From contig CAZHNO010000001.1 in assembly GCA_964534045.1 (NCBI GenBank), positions 1,786 through 65,785 on the forward strand: DNA of 64,000 nucleotides, read 5' to 3'. Positions 29,209-38,826 of the stretch are shown in pieces (the first letter of the stretch is position 1; each line of letters starts with the position of its first letter). Under the pieces are notes generated by a model. That model made no database searches, was not told the origin of the DNA, and saw only the letters and a list, made by a program, of their open reading frames with translations. The position numbers were made by a program, and so were the translations under genes. Source of the DNA: an uncultured archaeon (GTDB lineage Archaea > Iainarchaeota > Iainarchaeia > Iainarchaeales > JAAZKV01).

Positions 29209-30357
29209 TCAATCGTTTTCCCATTTCCCCAATTTAACCTGAAAACCTTTTTCTTTTTCCACAAATTTCTCTATTTTTTTATTACCTTTTTTTACTTCAG
29301 AGCCTAACTTCAAATAATTCAAATTAGAGTATTCTTCATACAATTTGTGTTTTTTTAAGTATTTTTCTAGTTTTTCCTTGTCCCATTTCAGTTTTTCTAT
29401 TTCTTTTATTGAAGCCTTCATTTTAGAGCCAAAAACAACGTTTATTTTGTGTTGTTTTGAATACTCAAACAAATCCTTTTGTAATTCTTCTTTTCTTTGT
29501 TTTAATTCATCTTCTTTTTCTTTTATTTCAACTAATTCATTAACTATTTTTACTCCTTCATCTTTCTTGAATTCTTTTATTGTTTTTTCTTCTAAATCTG
29601 CCTCGTGTTTGAAAGAAGGGCATAAGTGCTTGTAAACACAATAATCACATAATTTTGTTATGTTTGGAGGAAAGTCTTTACAATTAGTAATTTCATTGAT
29701 TTTTCCTATTGTTTCTTTTCTTATTTGTTTTAATTGTTCATAGGTTCTCGTGCTTTTTACTTCTTTATTAAATTTTAGCATATGCCACAACAATATTACT
29801 TTTTTTGCATCAGGATACTTTTGTTTAACCCAGAGAGAATACATTGCTAATTGCCTATCCTCATCCGCTTCTTTTTGCTCTTTCATTCTTGAATTTGTTT
29901 TATAATCACAAACAAAATAAGTGTCTCCTTTACAAGCCAACCTATCTATCCTAATTGAATAATTATTTGTTCCTAATTTTAAAAAATCACTTGTTTCTAA
30001 ACCAAGAATAGTATACTGCTCAAAAGGCTTGTAAGTATCATAATAATCTTCTAAAAATTTTTTTCCCTGAGTTTTGTAATTATTTGCTGTGTATTCTTTT
30101 TTAGTTATCTTTACTTCCTTTTCCTTTTCAAAATTTTTTTTCCACACTTCCTCATAATACTCTAACAATTCCTCTTTACTCAAATCCTTCCCATGCAACT
30201 TATCCCTATACAACTTCTCCAAAACCTCATGAACACAAGAACCCATAAACGCCTCAATAGTAGTCTCAACATCCACCCTAACCCTATCAACATACCTAAA
30301 CTTATAAGCCAACTTACAATTCTCAAACAACGAAATCTTTGAATGCGAGAAGTTCAT
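29209..30357 (-). CDS. Cas4-like PD-(D/E)xK nuclease with Fe-S cysteine cluster and coiled-coil C-terminal extension
   Basis: N-terminal Cys (FENCKLAYKFRY), IRIDRL..., VCDYKTN (D-x-K), and the C-x2-C-x5-C triad CDYCVYKHLC. Followed by about 120 aa of K/E-rich coiled coil. Confidence 0.6.
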   Translation of the reverse strand: MNFSHSKISLFENCKLAYKFRYVDRVRVDVETTIEAFMGSCVHEVLEKLYRDKLHGKDLSKEELLEYYEEVWKKNFEKEKEVKITKKEYTANNYKTQGKKFLEDYYDTYKPFEQYTILGLETSDFLKLGTNNYSIRIDRLACKGDTYFVCDYKTNSRMKEQKEADEDRQLAMYSLWVKQKYPDAKKVILLWHMLKFNKEVKSTRTYEQLKQIRKETIGKINEITNCKDFPPNITKLCDYCVYKHLCPSFKHEADLEEKTIKEFKKDEGVKIVNELVEIKEKEDELKQRKEELQKDLFEYSKQHKINVVFGSKMKASIKEIEKLKWDKEKLEKYLKKHKLYEEYSNLNYLKLGSEVKKGNKKIEKFVEKEKGFQVKLGKWEND

Positions 30358-30924
30358 TTATTTTTCACCCAAAGGAATTGCTTTTCTTATTTTACAATAA
30401 TGGTTTTCAGCTCTTATTTTAATTCCAATTTCTTTTGAAAAGAATTCAAATTCTCTTATTTTAGCATCTTTTTTTACTTTTTGTTCAATATCCTTTGGCA
30501 AGTATAATATTTTTGAAGAATGTGGATTATATAAGTCTAAAATAAATTTCCCTTGTTTTTCTGAATATTTTCCAATTTCTTTAACAATTTCATTGTGTAA
30601 TTTTTGTAATTCCTCATTTTTTTCTATTCTAATAACTAAATGAGATAAGTCTCCCGCTGAAAAAAGAGTTAATTCTTTTGATTTAATTTTAATTGGCTTG
30701 TATTTTTTTGCAATTTTTCTTAACATAGCTTCAATTTCATCTTTATGCTCAAAACAATTCCCCATTGAAAGCAAGGTTATGTGTGGAACATCATAATAAA
30801 TTCCATCATTAGGATGTTTGTTTTGACACTTTTTTGAATATTTTTTATGAAGCTCTTTTATCTCAGAATTAAGCTCTGAATACAATGGTTCTGGGATTGT
30901 CAAAACAATAGCAGTAGTCTCCAT
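30358..30924 (-). CDS. 2H phosphoesterase (LigT / 2'-5' RNA ligase-like)
   Basis: Two H-x-[TS]-x motifs (VPHITLL and NPHSSKIL) at LigT-like spacing; 188 aa. Start abuts the stop of the upstream nuclease gene. Confidence 0.45.
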   Translation of the reverse strand: METTAIVLTIPEPLYSELNSEIKELHKKYSKKCQNKHPNDGIYYDVPHITLLSMGNCFEHKDEIEAMLRKIAKKYKPIKIKSKELTLFSAGDLSHLVIRIEKNEELQKLHNEIVKEIGKYSEKQGKFILDLYNPHSSKILYLPKDIEQKVKKDAKIREFEFFSKEIGIKIRAENHYCKIRKAIPLGEK

Positions 30925-31002
30925 ATACTAATCATTCAATAAAAAGAATTTAATTGTTTTGGGGGTAGCGGGCTGGTGGAGGAATAGGAAAATTTTAATT
31001 TA

Positions 31003-31614
31003 TTACCTAAAAAGCGCTTTTAATTTAAAAAATCCGTTAGGCTCATAACGAAAGCCCCACAAATTTTCACGAAAACAACCATTTACTTTAGAGGCCTCAA
31101 TTGCTTTTTTAAAATCATCATAATTTCCAATCCACCGATAGTAGTCAATCCTAAAATTCTCATCCTGAGAAACTGGAAGCAACACAAGCTTATCTTGAGT
31201 TAACTCAAAAAGGTAAGAATCGAAAAACTCTGCTTCAGTTAAACTCGAACCATATTTTATTGTATCCACACTATCAATCAGACCAGTAATAAGCTTATTT
31301 TTATCAAGTTTAAATTTTAAAACTGCTGACCACTCAGAGGAAACATAACTCATAACCTCTTCATGTGAAGATTGGGGAAATTCTTCTGACAAAGAATCTA
31401 TTTCTTCTTTGGATGCGGGCCCCATATATTCATAAACAACATTTGTATCTTTATCATAAAATCTTGCTGAAAAGATACAGTCATCATCTCCATAAATCCA
31501 GATTTCTCCGAATAGAGCTTCGTTCGAATCCAATTTGTTATTTTGTTGAATTATTTCCGTACACCCAAAGACAAGGATGAAAAAAATTAACAAAACAAAA
31601 ATCTGTTTCTGCAA
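31003..31614 (-). CDS. Hypothetical secreted/lipoprotein
   Basis: N-terminal hydrophobic segment with VFGC lipobox-like motif; 203 aa. Confidence 0.35.
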   Translation of the reverse strand: MQKQIFVLLIFFILVFGCTEIIQQNNKLDSNEALFGEIWIYGDDDCIFSARFYDKDTNVVYEYMGPASKEEIDSLSEEFPQSSHEEVMSYVSSEWSAVLKFKLDKNKLITGLIDSVDTIKYGSSLTEAEFFDSYLFELTQDKLVLLPVSQDENFRIDYYRWIGNYDDFKKAIEASKVNGCFRENLWGFRYEPNGFFKLKALFR

Positions 31615-32130
31615 TTAAATCAACTCCAAATAACTTTTTAGTCCAGAAAAAAAATTATTGGACCCAGGTGAACCTATCGGAGATGTATTTACAACATTGA
31701 ACTTATTTATAATTAGCTTTTTGCTCAAAACTTTAAATCCGGGTGTTCCCACAATAATTATCTTAAAAGAGGAGCTTACTTTTGAAATACCATTTAGTTT
31801 AGAAAATAACTTGTTAGAGTCTAGTTTTATTCTACTTTCTTTTATTCGTTGAGGAAGCCCATTAATTTCATTATAGGTAGAATCAATAATAAAATAACCT
31901 TTTTTAGCAAACGCTTCTAATGACTCTTTTTTTGAGTTAAATTTTTTCCCAACCGTTTTTTCAATTAGCCAATTAAACCACCGCGGCCCAATAGTTTTAT
32001 CATCATAAAAATATATTCCATTACTCGGCGGGGATTCAAAAATAAAAACAACTTTTGTTTTTCTCTCAAACTTTTCTGGCGCATATCTTTCTCGCATTTT
32101 AATGTAATCTTCTTTTTTCATGTTTTTCAC
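31615..32130 (-). CDS. Hypothetical protein
   Basis: 171 aa, no confident motif. Abuts the previous gene. Confidence 0.3.
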   Translation of the reverse strand: MKNMKKEDYIKMRERYAPEKFERKTKVVFIFESPPSNGIYFYDDKTIGPRWFNWLIEKTVGKKFNSKKESLEAFAKKGYFIIDSTYNEINGLPQRIKESRIKLDSNKLFSKLNGISKVSSSFKIIIVGTPGFKVLSKKLIINKFNVVNTSPIGSPGSNNFFSGLKSYLELI

Positions 32131-32267
32131 ACAATTTAATCTTAAAACTATTTTTATATTTAATCTTATAAAAATAATTTTAGACCTAGAATTTAAAGGT
32201 TGGCGAGGATAGGTGCCGGCATGAAAGCTAAGAAAGATGTAAAAAGGTTTTTTTTAATTAATATTGT

Positions 32268-32603
32268 ATGATTAAAAAACAAAACAATGCTGATTTACAA
32301 AATATGGCGCTTACACAACAAATGGAAATCCAAAAACAACAAGCAAAAAATTTTAATCTTCTTTTAGAAAAGGGAATACCCGCAATTGAAAAATATTTAA
32401 ATGCCAAATTGGTACATTATGATAAACCACGATTTAAATATGCCATTGGAGGAGTTTGTTTAATTCTTTTGATAATCGTTATTGGGTCAATGTTTTTAGT
32501 TTTCAATGGTTTATTGGGCGCGGACGCATTTACTTTTTTAATGGGGATTATTGTTGGATATCTTCTTACTTTCTTTAAAGAAATGCTCTTTTCTAATGAT
32601 TAA
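32268..32603 (+). CDS. Small membrane protein
   Basis: 111 aa with two C-terminal TM helices. Confidence 0.35.
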   Translation: MIKKQNNADLQNMALTQQMEIQKQQAKNFNLLLEKGIPAIEKYLNAKLVHYDKPRFKYAIGGVCLILLIIVIGSMFLVFNGLLGADAFTFLMGIIVGYLLTFFKEMLFSND

Positions 32604-32630
32604 CTTTCAATGAAAAAACACTGATAAAAT

Positions 32631-33587
32631 ATGGCTCATTATATATTATTACATAAAAAAATATTCTTGTTTCTGTTAATCCTGTTTGTTCTACTTTTTT
32701 GTTTAACCCCTTATATAAGTTTATCCCAAATAGCAAAAAATGAAACATTTGGGGTGAATAGTAACAAAGAAAAGGCAATTATAATCGCAAATCTATTTAA
32801 GAAAAAATATGATTTTCCAACTAAAGAAAGTGATGGATTTCTTTATACAATTTATTCAATTTTCAACCAAAATTTTATAGTCTCTTTTTGGACTAATCAT
32901 GTTGATTGTGTCGGAGCGTCAGATGTATTTGTGTATATGATGCAATCAGTAGGCATAACTACAAGGCGAGTCGGCACAAATGGTGAAACCCATTTTTGGG
33001 CTGAATTTTATGATGGAAATGAATGGTTGAATATTGACCCATTTAATGATTCAAGTGGCCACAGCATAGGTGACTTAAACTTTTATTCTTCTTGGGATCA
33101 ACCATTTGGAAAAAGATTTTCTTTCGTTTATTATGAAGATGAAAATGGAACACATGACATTACAAAAAAATATCGTGAAACAGGAACAATAAAAATATTT
33201 AATTTTGAAAACGGCAAGTCTTCAAAAAGTTTTGTAATAGTAAAATCTCACCACTTAATGGAAGTATCAGACAAATATAAAGAGCCATTTGTTTCATTTT
33301 CAAGTTACACGGACAAAAATGGTTTTTTTGAACATGACTTTGGATATGGAAATAATTACACAATTGAGCTACTAACTGGTTTTCCTGAATTTGCACCAGT
33401 ACTCATATTCAGCAAAGAAAAGAAAATTTATCTCGACAAAAATAAAACTATCGAAGTTCGTTTTGATGAACCAATGCATTTCAAAGGACTAAATGATTTT
33501 ATAGTTGCCCCGTTTTTAGGGGCAATTATTCTTACAGCAGTAATTATTGGAATGAAAATTGGTAAAAAAATTAACAAGTTTTGTTAA
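32631..33587 (+). CDS. Transglutaminase-like cysteine protease-fold protein, membrane anchored
   Basis: DCVGASDVFVYMMQSVGI...THFWAEFYDGNEWLNIDP carries the Cys-His-Asp core of the transglutaminase-like superfamily. N-terminal signal/TM and C-terminal TM. Confidence 0.7.
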   Translation: MAHYILLHKKIFLFLLILFVLLFCLTPYISLSQIAKNETFGVNSNKEKAIIIANLFKKKYDFPTKESDGFLYTIYSIFNQNFIVSFWTNHVDCVGASDVFVYMMQSVGITTRRVGTNGETHFWAEFYDGNEWLNIDPFNDSSGHSIGDLNFYSSWDQPFGKRFSFVYYEDENGTHDITKKYRETGTIKIFNFENGKSSKSFVIVKSHHLMEVSDKYKEPFVSFSSYTDKNGFFEHDFGYGNNYTIELLTGFPEFAPVLIFSKEKKIYLDKNKTIEVRFDEPMHFKGLNDFIVAPFLGAIILTAVIIGMKIGKKINKFC

Positions 33588-33604
33588 TAACGAACCAAAA
33601 TAAT

Positions 33605-33856
33605 TCATTCACAAGCCACCCCATCATCATCCCTATCTAAGTCGTGAATGTCTTTTTCGCATTGTTCAAATATTTTTTGTGCTTCTTTTTGTGTTTTGAA
33701 GTCTGAGCAATTGTAAATATTGTATGAACAATCAATTGATTTTAGTTCAATTGAATCTTTTTGTTCTACATAATTATTTTCTTTTTGAGTGCAACCAAAA
33801 AGAAGGAAGAGTAAAAGAAAGATAAATATTATTCCAAAAATAACAAACTTACTCAT
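33605..33856 (-). CDS. Excalibur calcium-binding domain lipoprotein
   Basis: C-terminal [12 protein letters not shown] is the Excalibur D-x-D-x-D-G-x-x-C-E motif. N-terminal signal with LFGC lipobox. Confidence 0.6.
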   Translation of the reverse strand: MSKFVIFGIIFIFLLLFLLFGCTQKENNYVEQKDSIELKSIDCSYNIYNCSDFKTQKEAQKIFEQCEKDIHDLDRDDDGVACE

Positions 33857-33956
33857 TAGTGATATACTATTAAGAAATATTTAAATACTTAATGATAATA
33901 TACTATTAGTAGATGAAGCATAGTATTTTAAAAAAAGAAGAATTACATATATCACA

Positions 33957-34091
33957 ATGGCAGAAATTATACTCAAAGGATACCAATGCGAAAGATGCGG
34001 ACACAAATGGGTTCCAAGAGAACAAAAAGAAAAACCAAGAGTATGCCCAAAATGTAAAAGTCCATATTGGGATAAGCCAAAGAAGAAATAA
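33957..34091 (+). CDS. Small zinc-ribbon protein (44 aa)
   Basis: MAEIILKGYQCERCGHKWVPREQKEKPRVCPKCKSPYWDKPKKK has two CxxC pairs. Not in the ORF track (under 60 aa). Immediately upstream of the C5-methyltransferase. Confidence 0.35.
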   Translation: MAEIILKGYQCERCGHKWVPREQKEKPRVCPKCKSPYWDKPKKK

Positions 34092-34218
34092 TTTTAGAAG
34101 CAATTATATATTTAGAATGAAAACACCCTTCAAAAACTTACAAGTAATACAAAAATGTTTAGTGGCACAAAACTAATATTAAGTTTATAAACAAAATAGA
34201 GATTAAATTTTATGTGGG

Positions 34219-35181
34219 ATGAGGATGAATAATAAAATAAAAGTTTTTGATAGCTTTACAGGTTATGGCGGTGCAAGTTGGGGTTTAAAGAAGGCAGGCA
34301 TTCCTTTTGAAGTTATTGGATATTCTGAAATTTGTCCAATGGCAATAGAATTATATGAATTAAATCATTCTCAAACCAAAAATTATGGAGACATCACAAA
34401 AATAAAACCTAACGATCTTCCAGATTTTGATTTATTCACTGGGGGTTTTCCATGCCAATCTTTTTCAACTGCTGGAAAAGGAATGGGTGAATTAGACACA
34501 AGAGGAACTTTGTTTTGCGATATTATAAGAATTTGCGAAGTTAAACAACCAAATTTTATTCTTTTAGAAAATGTTAAAGGATTATTGTCAAAAAGACACA
34601 AGGAAACTTTCAAAAAAATTATTAGCGAACTTCAAAGAATTGGATACAATGTAAGATATGAATTATTAAATTCAAAAGATTTTGGCATTCCTCAAAATAG
34701 AGAGCGTGTTTGGATTTTTGCAACTAAAAAACAAATACCTTTTGGTTGGCAATTAAGTCCACCTAAAGAAAAGTTAAAAAAGAATTTTAAAGACTTTTTA
34801 GATAAGAATGTAGATAAAAAATATTATAAAAATGAAAACCAAGTAATTAGATTAGAAGAAGTAACTGGAGTTAAATTAGAAGTTAATGAACCAACTTGCT
34901 TTGATGTATATAATAAAAAATTGAAAAAAGATGGGTTGTGCCTCACAATTACTGAACCACACCATAATACACTTAGAGTTGTTGAACCTAATGAAGATAA
35001 AAATAAAAGAGTTAGAAAAATGACTGAACAAGAACAATTTAAATTTATGGGTTTTGAAGAAAATGAATTAAATTTTGGTGAAATGTCATATACTAGATTG
35101 TCAAAATGTGCAGGCAATGGTTGGGATGTAAATTTAGTTAGTAAATTAATGAAAAGAATATTTGAAACAAAATGGGACTAA
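34219..35181 (+). CDS. dcm: DNA (cytosine-5)-methyltransferase
   Basis: Motif I FDSFTGYGG, motif IV GGFPCQSFS, motif VI ENVKGLL, motif VIII QNRERVWI, motif X CAGNGW; 320 aa. Confidence 0.85.
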   Translation: MRMNNKIKVFDSFTGYGGASWGLKKAGIPFEVIGYSEICPMAIELYELNHSQTKNYGDITKIKPNDLPDFDLFTGGFPCQSFSTAGKGMGELDTRGTLFCDIIRICEVKQPNFILLENVKGLLSKRHKETFKKIISELQRIGYNVRYELLNSKDFGIPQNRERVWIFATKKQIPFGWQLSPPKEKLKKNFKDFLDKNVDKKYYKNENQVIRLEEVTGVKLEVNEPTCFDVYNKKLKKDGLCLTITEPHHNTLRVVEPNEDKNKRVRKMTEQEQFKFMGFEENELNFGEMSYTRLSKCAGNGWDVNLVSKLMKRIFETKWD

Positions 35182-35726
35182 TTATATTTTTTATTCTTTA
35201 ACCTGTTTTTGTGATATTCATTATGTTTTTTTGCAAATTCTGATGGATAAGGAAAATGACTTTCTTGAAAATTCCAATCTGGATATTTTCCCTCTTTTGC
35301 AAAATATTCTTCTTTACAAAAGTCTTCCATTTCTTTAAAACTTGCTATTTCAACTTTCTTTGAACTTGATAAACCATTAATTGTAGCAAGAACTTTTGGA
35401 GAAGTTATTACATATAATTCAACTTTTGAACCACTAAGCAAAGCTTCTTCAATTAACAAATGGAGAACAAATCTTGGTACTCCCGGACTCCCAGTCATTG
35501 ATGTTACATAAAGGTTTATTGTTGATTTAATTCCCCCCTTTCCTGCGGACCCGCCAATTTTTTTTATAACTCCATCAAGAACAAATAAATACACGCGGGG
35601 AGTTTCATCTTTTAAATCATTTTTAGTTATCCCTGATAAATAATTAATATTAATTTTATTTGCATGCCCATCCCTTAGGGTGAATTCACCAAACTTTTTA
35701 GCATTAGTTGCTTCTGAAATATTCAT
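35178..35726 (-). CDS. Putative Type II restriction endonuclease partner of the C5-MTase (inferred from context only)
   Basis: 182 aa. Convergent with dcm, with a 4-nt overlap of the stop codons. No recognisable nuclease motif, so the call rests on arrangement. Confidence 0.3.
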   Translation of the reverse strand: MNISEATNAKKFGEFTLRDGHANKININYLSGITKNDLKDETPRVYLFVLDGVIKKIGGSAGKGGIKSTINLYVTSMTGSPGVPRFVLHLLIEEALLSGSKVELYVITSPKVLATINGLSSSKKVEIASFKEMEDFCKEEYFAKEGKYPDWNFQESHFPYPSEFAKKHNEYHKNRLKNKKYN

Positions 35727-35807
35727 AATAAATCAATATCTTTATTCTTTTTAATACTATCAAATAGTGTGGCAAGTCATTTATTGTTTTTACACAGAAT
35801 TTTTTTT

Positions 35808-35936
35808 CTAATGTTTTTTAACATTCATGGACCAAGTGCATTCTTTTGTTTTCCAACAACATACTTTATATTCATCTCCACCCAAATCTTCAACATGAAA
35901 ATTAGAAGACTTACAAACTGGACATCTAAAAACCAT
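35808..35936 (-). CDS. Small zinc-ribbon-like ORF (42 aa)
   Basis: MVFRCPVCKSSNFHVEDLGGDEYKVCCWKTKEC (CPVC ... CC ... C). Under 60 aa, so not in the ORF track. Confidence 0.2.
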   Translation of the reverse strand: MVFRCPVCKSSNFHVEDLGGDEYKVCCWKTKECTWSMNVKKH

Positions 35937-36090
35937 TAAACCACCTCAAAATAAATAAAAATGAAAGTGTGTAAAAAGCAATCTTTTAATCAATATTATT
36001 TTAGTTATACTAATGCACATTTCAACCTAAACTTTAAATACTTATTAAGTTAGTCAAATAAAAGCAAAAAATAGCTTTTAAAACGGTTTT

Positions 36091-37308
36091 ATGAAAGAAC
36101 ATTATATGGAAAAAGCAGTAGATATTTCAAAAATAAAAAATAAGCTTATAATTATTCATTATTCTTGTTCCAACATAAACCATTCGTTTCCTGAAATATC
36201 TGCAATTTCCGTTTTTGACACAAATTTGTGTGAAACTCACACGTTTCCAAGATTTACAAAAGACAAAAATGATGAGATTAGATTATTAACTGAATTTTTT
36301 AATTATATCTCCCCAAAAATAGCGGAGAAGTACGGATTTGTCGGGTGGTATTGGGGGGATAAATATGGCCTGGATCAAATAATAAAAAGATATAAACAAA
36401 TAACCAAAAAAAGACTTGAATTCAAAAGTTCAGACCTGGTTGTTTATGATTTAGTAAAAATACTCTCCCACAACATAACCACGTTTCTAAGTGGCGGGCT
36501 AAAAAATCTTGCTAACTTTAATAATTTAAATACCTCAAATTTTATTGACGGCGACCAAGAGATTGAACTTCTTAAAAAACAAGAATTTGAACAATTAGCA
36601 GATTCCACATCCACCAAAGTCAATGTAATTTATGATTTATTAATAAGGTACTTAAACAAAACACTAAAAACTCCCACAATCGAAGAAATCTATTTTGATT
36701 TTAAGGATGTTGGAGCACACCCAATATTCAAAAATAATATAACCCAAATCAAGGAGTTAATTAATACCAAAAATGTTAATATACAAAATGAAGTTTTGGA
36801 AGAGTTCCTTAGAAAATTACTTTATGGAAATGTAATAACCTCTCTCGAGACTTACCTTTCCGACGAATTTACTAGAATCGTAATAAATGACAAAGGGTTA
36901 ATTTCAAATTATGTAAAAGAAAGCAAAAAGTTTAATGGGGATAAAACTAAATTCAGCGAGATATATTCAAATATGCTCCTGGAAAGCAAAAACGGAAACG
37001 ACATTTCAATAGAAAGGTATGTTCGTAGCAAATGTATTGCAGATATAAGAGACTTAACATTTCATAATTTAAATTTAATAAAGCCCCTGTATAAAAACGT
37101 TCTTGGAATTGATTTTCCTAAAAACTTAGATTCTATTTATAGGGCCATTGAAATAAGACACGATTTAATACATAGAAACGGAAAAGATAAAAATGACAAA
37201 ACCCTTAGAATTACATATACCCAACTTACCAAGATTATACGAGATTCCATTAGTTTTGCTAATCATATTCATAAACAAACAAAACAATTAAACATTTCCA
37301 ACAAATAA
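36091..37308 (+). CDS. Hypothetical protein with C-terminal Rx4H (HEPN-like / Abi-like) motif
   Basis: 405 aa. EIRHDLIHRNG fits the HEPN R-x4-6-H motif near the C-terminus. Downstream of the R-M pair. Confidence 0.35.
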   Translation: MKEHYMEKAVDISKIKNKLIIIHYSCSNINHSFPEISAISVFDTNLCETHTFPRFTKDKNDEIRLLTEFFNYISPKIAEKYGFVGWYWGDKYGLDQIIKRYKQITKKRLEFKSSDLVVYDLVKILSHNITTFLSGGLKNLANFNNLNTSNFIDGDQEIELLKKQEFEQLADSTSTKVNVIYDLLIRYLNKTLKTPTIEEIYFDFKDVGAHPIFKNNITQIKELINTKNVNIQNEVLEEFLRKLLYGNVITSLETYLSDEFTRIVINDKGLISNYVKESKKFNGDKTKFSEIYSNMLLESKNGNDISIERYVRSKCIADIRDLTFHNLNLIKPLYKNVLGIDFPKNLDSIYRAIEIRHDLIHRNGKDKNDKTLRITYTQLTKIIRDSISFANHIHKQTKQLNISNK

Positions 37309-37408
37309 ACTTTGTAAATAAACTCAACTAGTCTCAAATCAACTCACCCATCAATCCAAACCCCCCGAAACTATTTATTGAAATAATGCAAATATTTAAA
37401 CAACCATA

Positions 37409-37990
37409 TTGGTAAATTATATTATGGATTTAGGCACTTTTGCAATTATTATTCAAGCAATTGCTTCAGTAGTTTTAGTTTTAATCACAATATTTTATGC
37501 TTATTCCAGTCATAAAAATATCAAAGAAATGCAACTTACTAGAGAAATTGAAAATTTACCACGACTTATTCCAAAAATTGTTACTTGGTCTGACTTAGAA
37601 CATGGCTTTGAAACAAATGAGTTCCCAGTAATAATAAATACTGGAAAAGGAACTGCATTTAATGTAAAAATCAATATAGTTATTGAAAGTGATAATACTA
37701 ATTTAACTTGGACAACTAGTGCTTTAGAGCCTGGAAAAAGATTTGGAGATGGATATGATTATTTTGGCAATCCTGATTATACAAACACTAGTTTTTCAAA
37801 GAAAAAAACTTGTTTTAATATAGAATATGATACTTTATTAGGAAACTCCGTAAAAAATTCCATAATTTTAGAAAACCCAATTCCATTTAATGAATATGGA
37901 GAATCAAAAATTGTAAACCCAACAGATTTAGAAAAAATTTCTAGTTCAATTACAAAAATAAGTGAATTATTAGAAAAAAAATTTAAATGA
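37409..37990 (+). CDS. Membrane-anchored hypothetical protein
   Basis: A single N-terminal TM followed by a soluble domain; 193 aa. Confidence 0.35.
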   Translation: MVNYIMDLGTFAIIIQAIASVVLVLITIFYAYSSHKNIKEMQLTREIENLPRLIPKIVTWSDLEHGFETNEFPVIINTGKGTAFNVKINIVIESDNTNLTWTTSALEPGKRFGDGYDYFGNPDYTNTSFSKKKTCFNIEYDTLLGNSVKNSIILENPIPFNEYGESKIVNPTDLEKISSSITKISELLEKKFK

Positions 37991-38277
37991 AAAAAATAAT
38001 CTTTCTCACCTAAATCTTTAAACACTTCACAGCCACCCCCAGAGTAATTGTTGACTACTAAAAATAATTCCAAAACTAATTTTGATATTCAGGATTTATT
38101 TTTAAAATATAATAAAATTCCAATAATTATTCCAATTATTGAAAGCATAATTCCTGCAAAAAAGTCTTGTAGTGGGCTAATACGCACGAAAAAAAGAAAT
38201 ATTAAAAGAATTAATCAAAATTCAATAATGCCCATTTTGCCAAAGCATTTTTAAACTTAGAAAATTATTTTATTGTC

Positions 38278-38712
38278 ATGGAAAGAGTTAATAAAAAAAG
38301 TTTAGTTTATTCCACCATTTCAACGATCATTATTTCAATTTTATTAACCACCCTATCCCTAGTTTTTAATGAAAACTTTTTATTTATACCAGCCCAAATA
38401 TTCCTTTTGTTTGTTGGTTTTTACTTTTTATATTTCATAGTATTTGACTCTTTTGGCAAGGAAAATTCATTTATTTGCCAACTTACAAAAGAAGAAAAAC
38501 AATTTTTAAATAAAAAGAAAAATCCAAGACTTTTTTTATTTAATCAAAGCTTTATATTTTTAATTGGATTATTTTTAATACTTGCAGCAATTACTTCAGT
38601 TATTTTTAACTTTTTATTAATCCCACTAGTAGTTTTGGCTGGAATTTTATACATAGTTTGGTATTTTGTTTTAATTTATAATGATTTTGACTTGCCCTTT
38701 GGAGCTAATTAA
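38278..38712 (+). CDS. Polytopic small membrane protein
   Basis: 144 aa with 4 TM helices. Lies downstream of promoter/leader module copy 1. Confidence 0.35.
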   Translation: MERVNKKSLVYSTISTIIISILLTTLSLVFNENFLFIPAQIFLLFVGFYFLYFIVFDSFGKENSFICQLTKEEKQFLNKKKNPRLFLFNQSFIFLIGLFLILAAITSVIFNFLLIPLVVLAGILYIVWYFVLIYNDFDLPFGAN

Positions 38713-38826
38713 ACAAAAAAAGAAAACATTTAATTCAACCAACCCAAACTTTAAATACTTCACAGCCACTCCTAGTGTAATTGTTGACTACTGAAAAGAA
38801 AACTGATTCTAAAAAAATTAATATGC

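Noticed and set aside
30925-31002. Short G/C-rich patch (gggggtagcgggctggtggagg) examined as possible tRNA or ncRNA
   Set aside because: No complementary acceptor stem or cloverleaf could be drawn. Likewise the patch at about 32190-32225. Left unannotated.
33913-34176. 87-aa plus-strand ORF from the track
   Set aside because: No motifs, and it overlaps in another frame a much more convincing 44-aa zinc-ribbon ORF (33957-34091) with paired CxxC motifs. The ribbon ORF is preferred.
38048-38254. 68-aa TTG-initiated ORF starting inside promoter/leader module P1
   Set aside because: It begins with the duplicated (M)LTTKNNSK leader relic of the oxidoreductase 5' end and has no conservation beyond that. 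Probably a non-functional remnant. The true downstream gene is 38278-38712.
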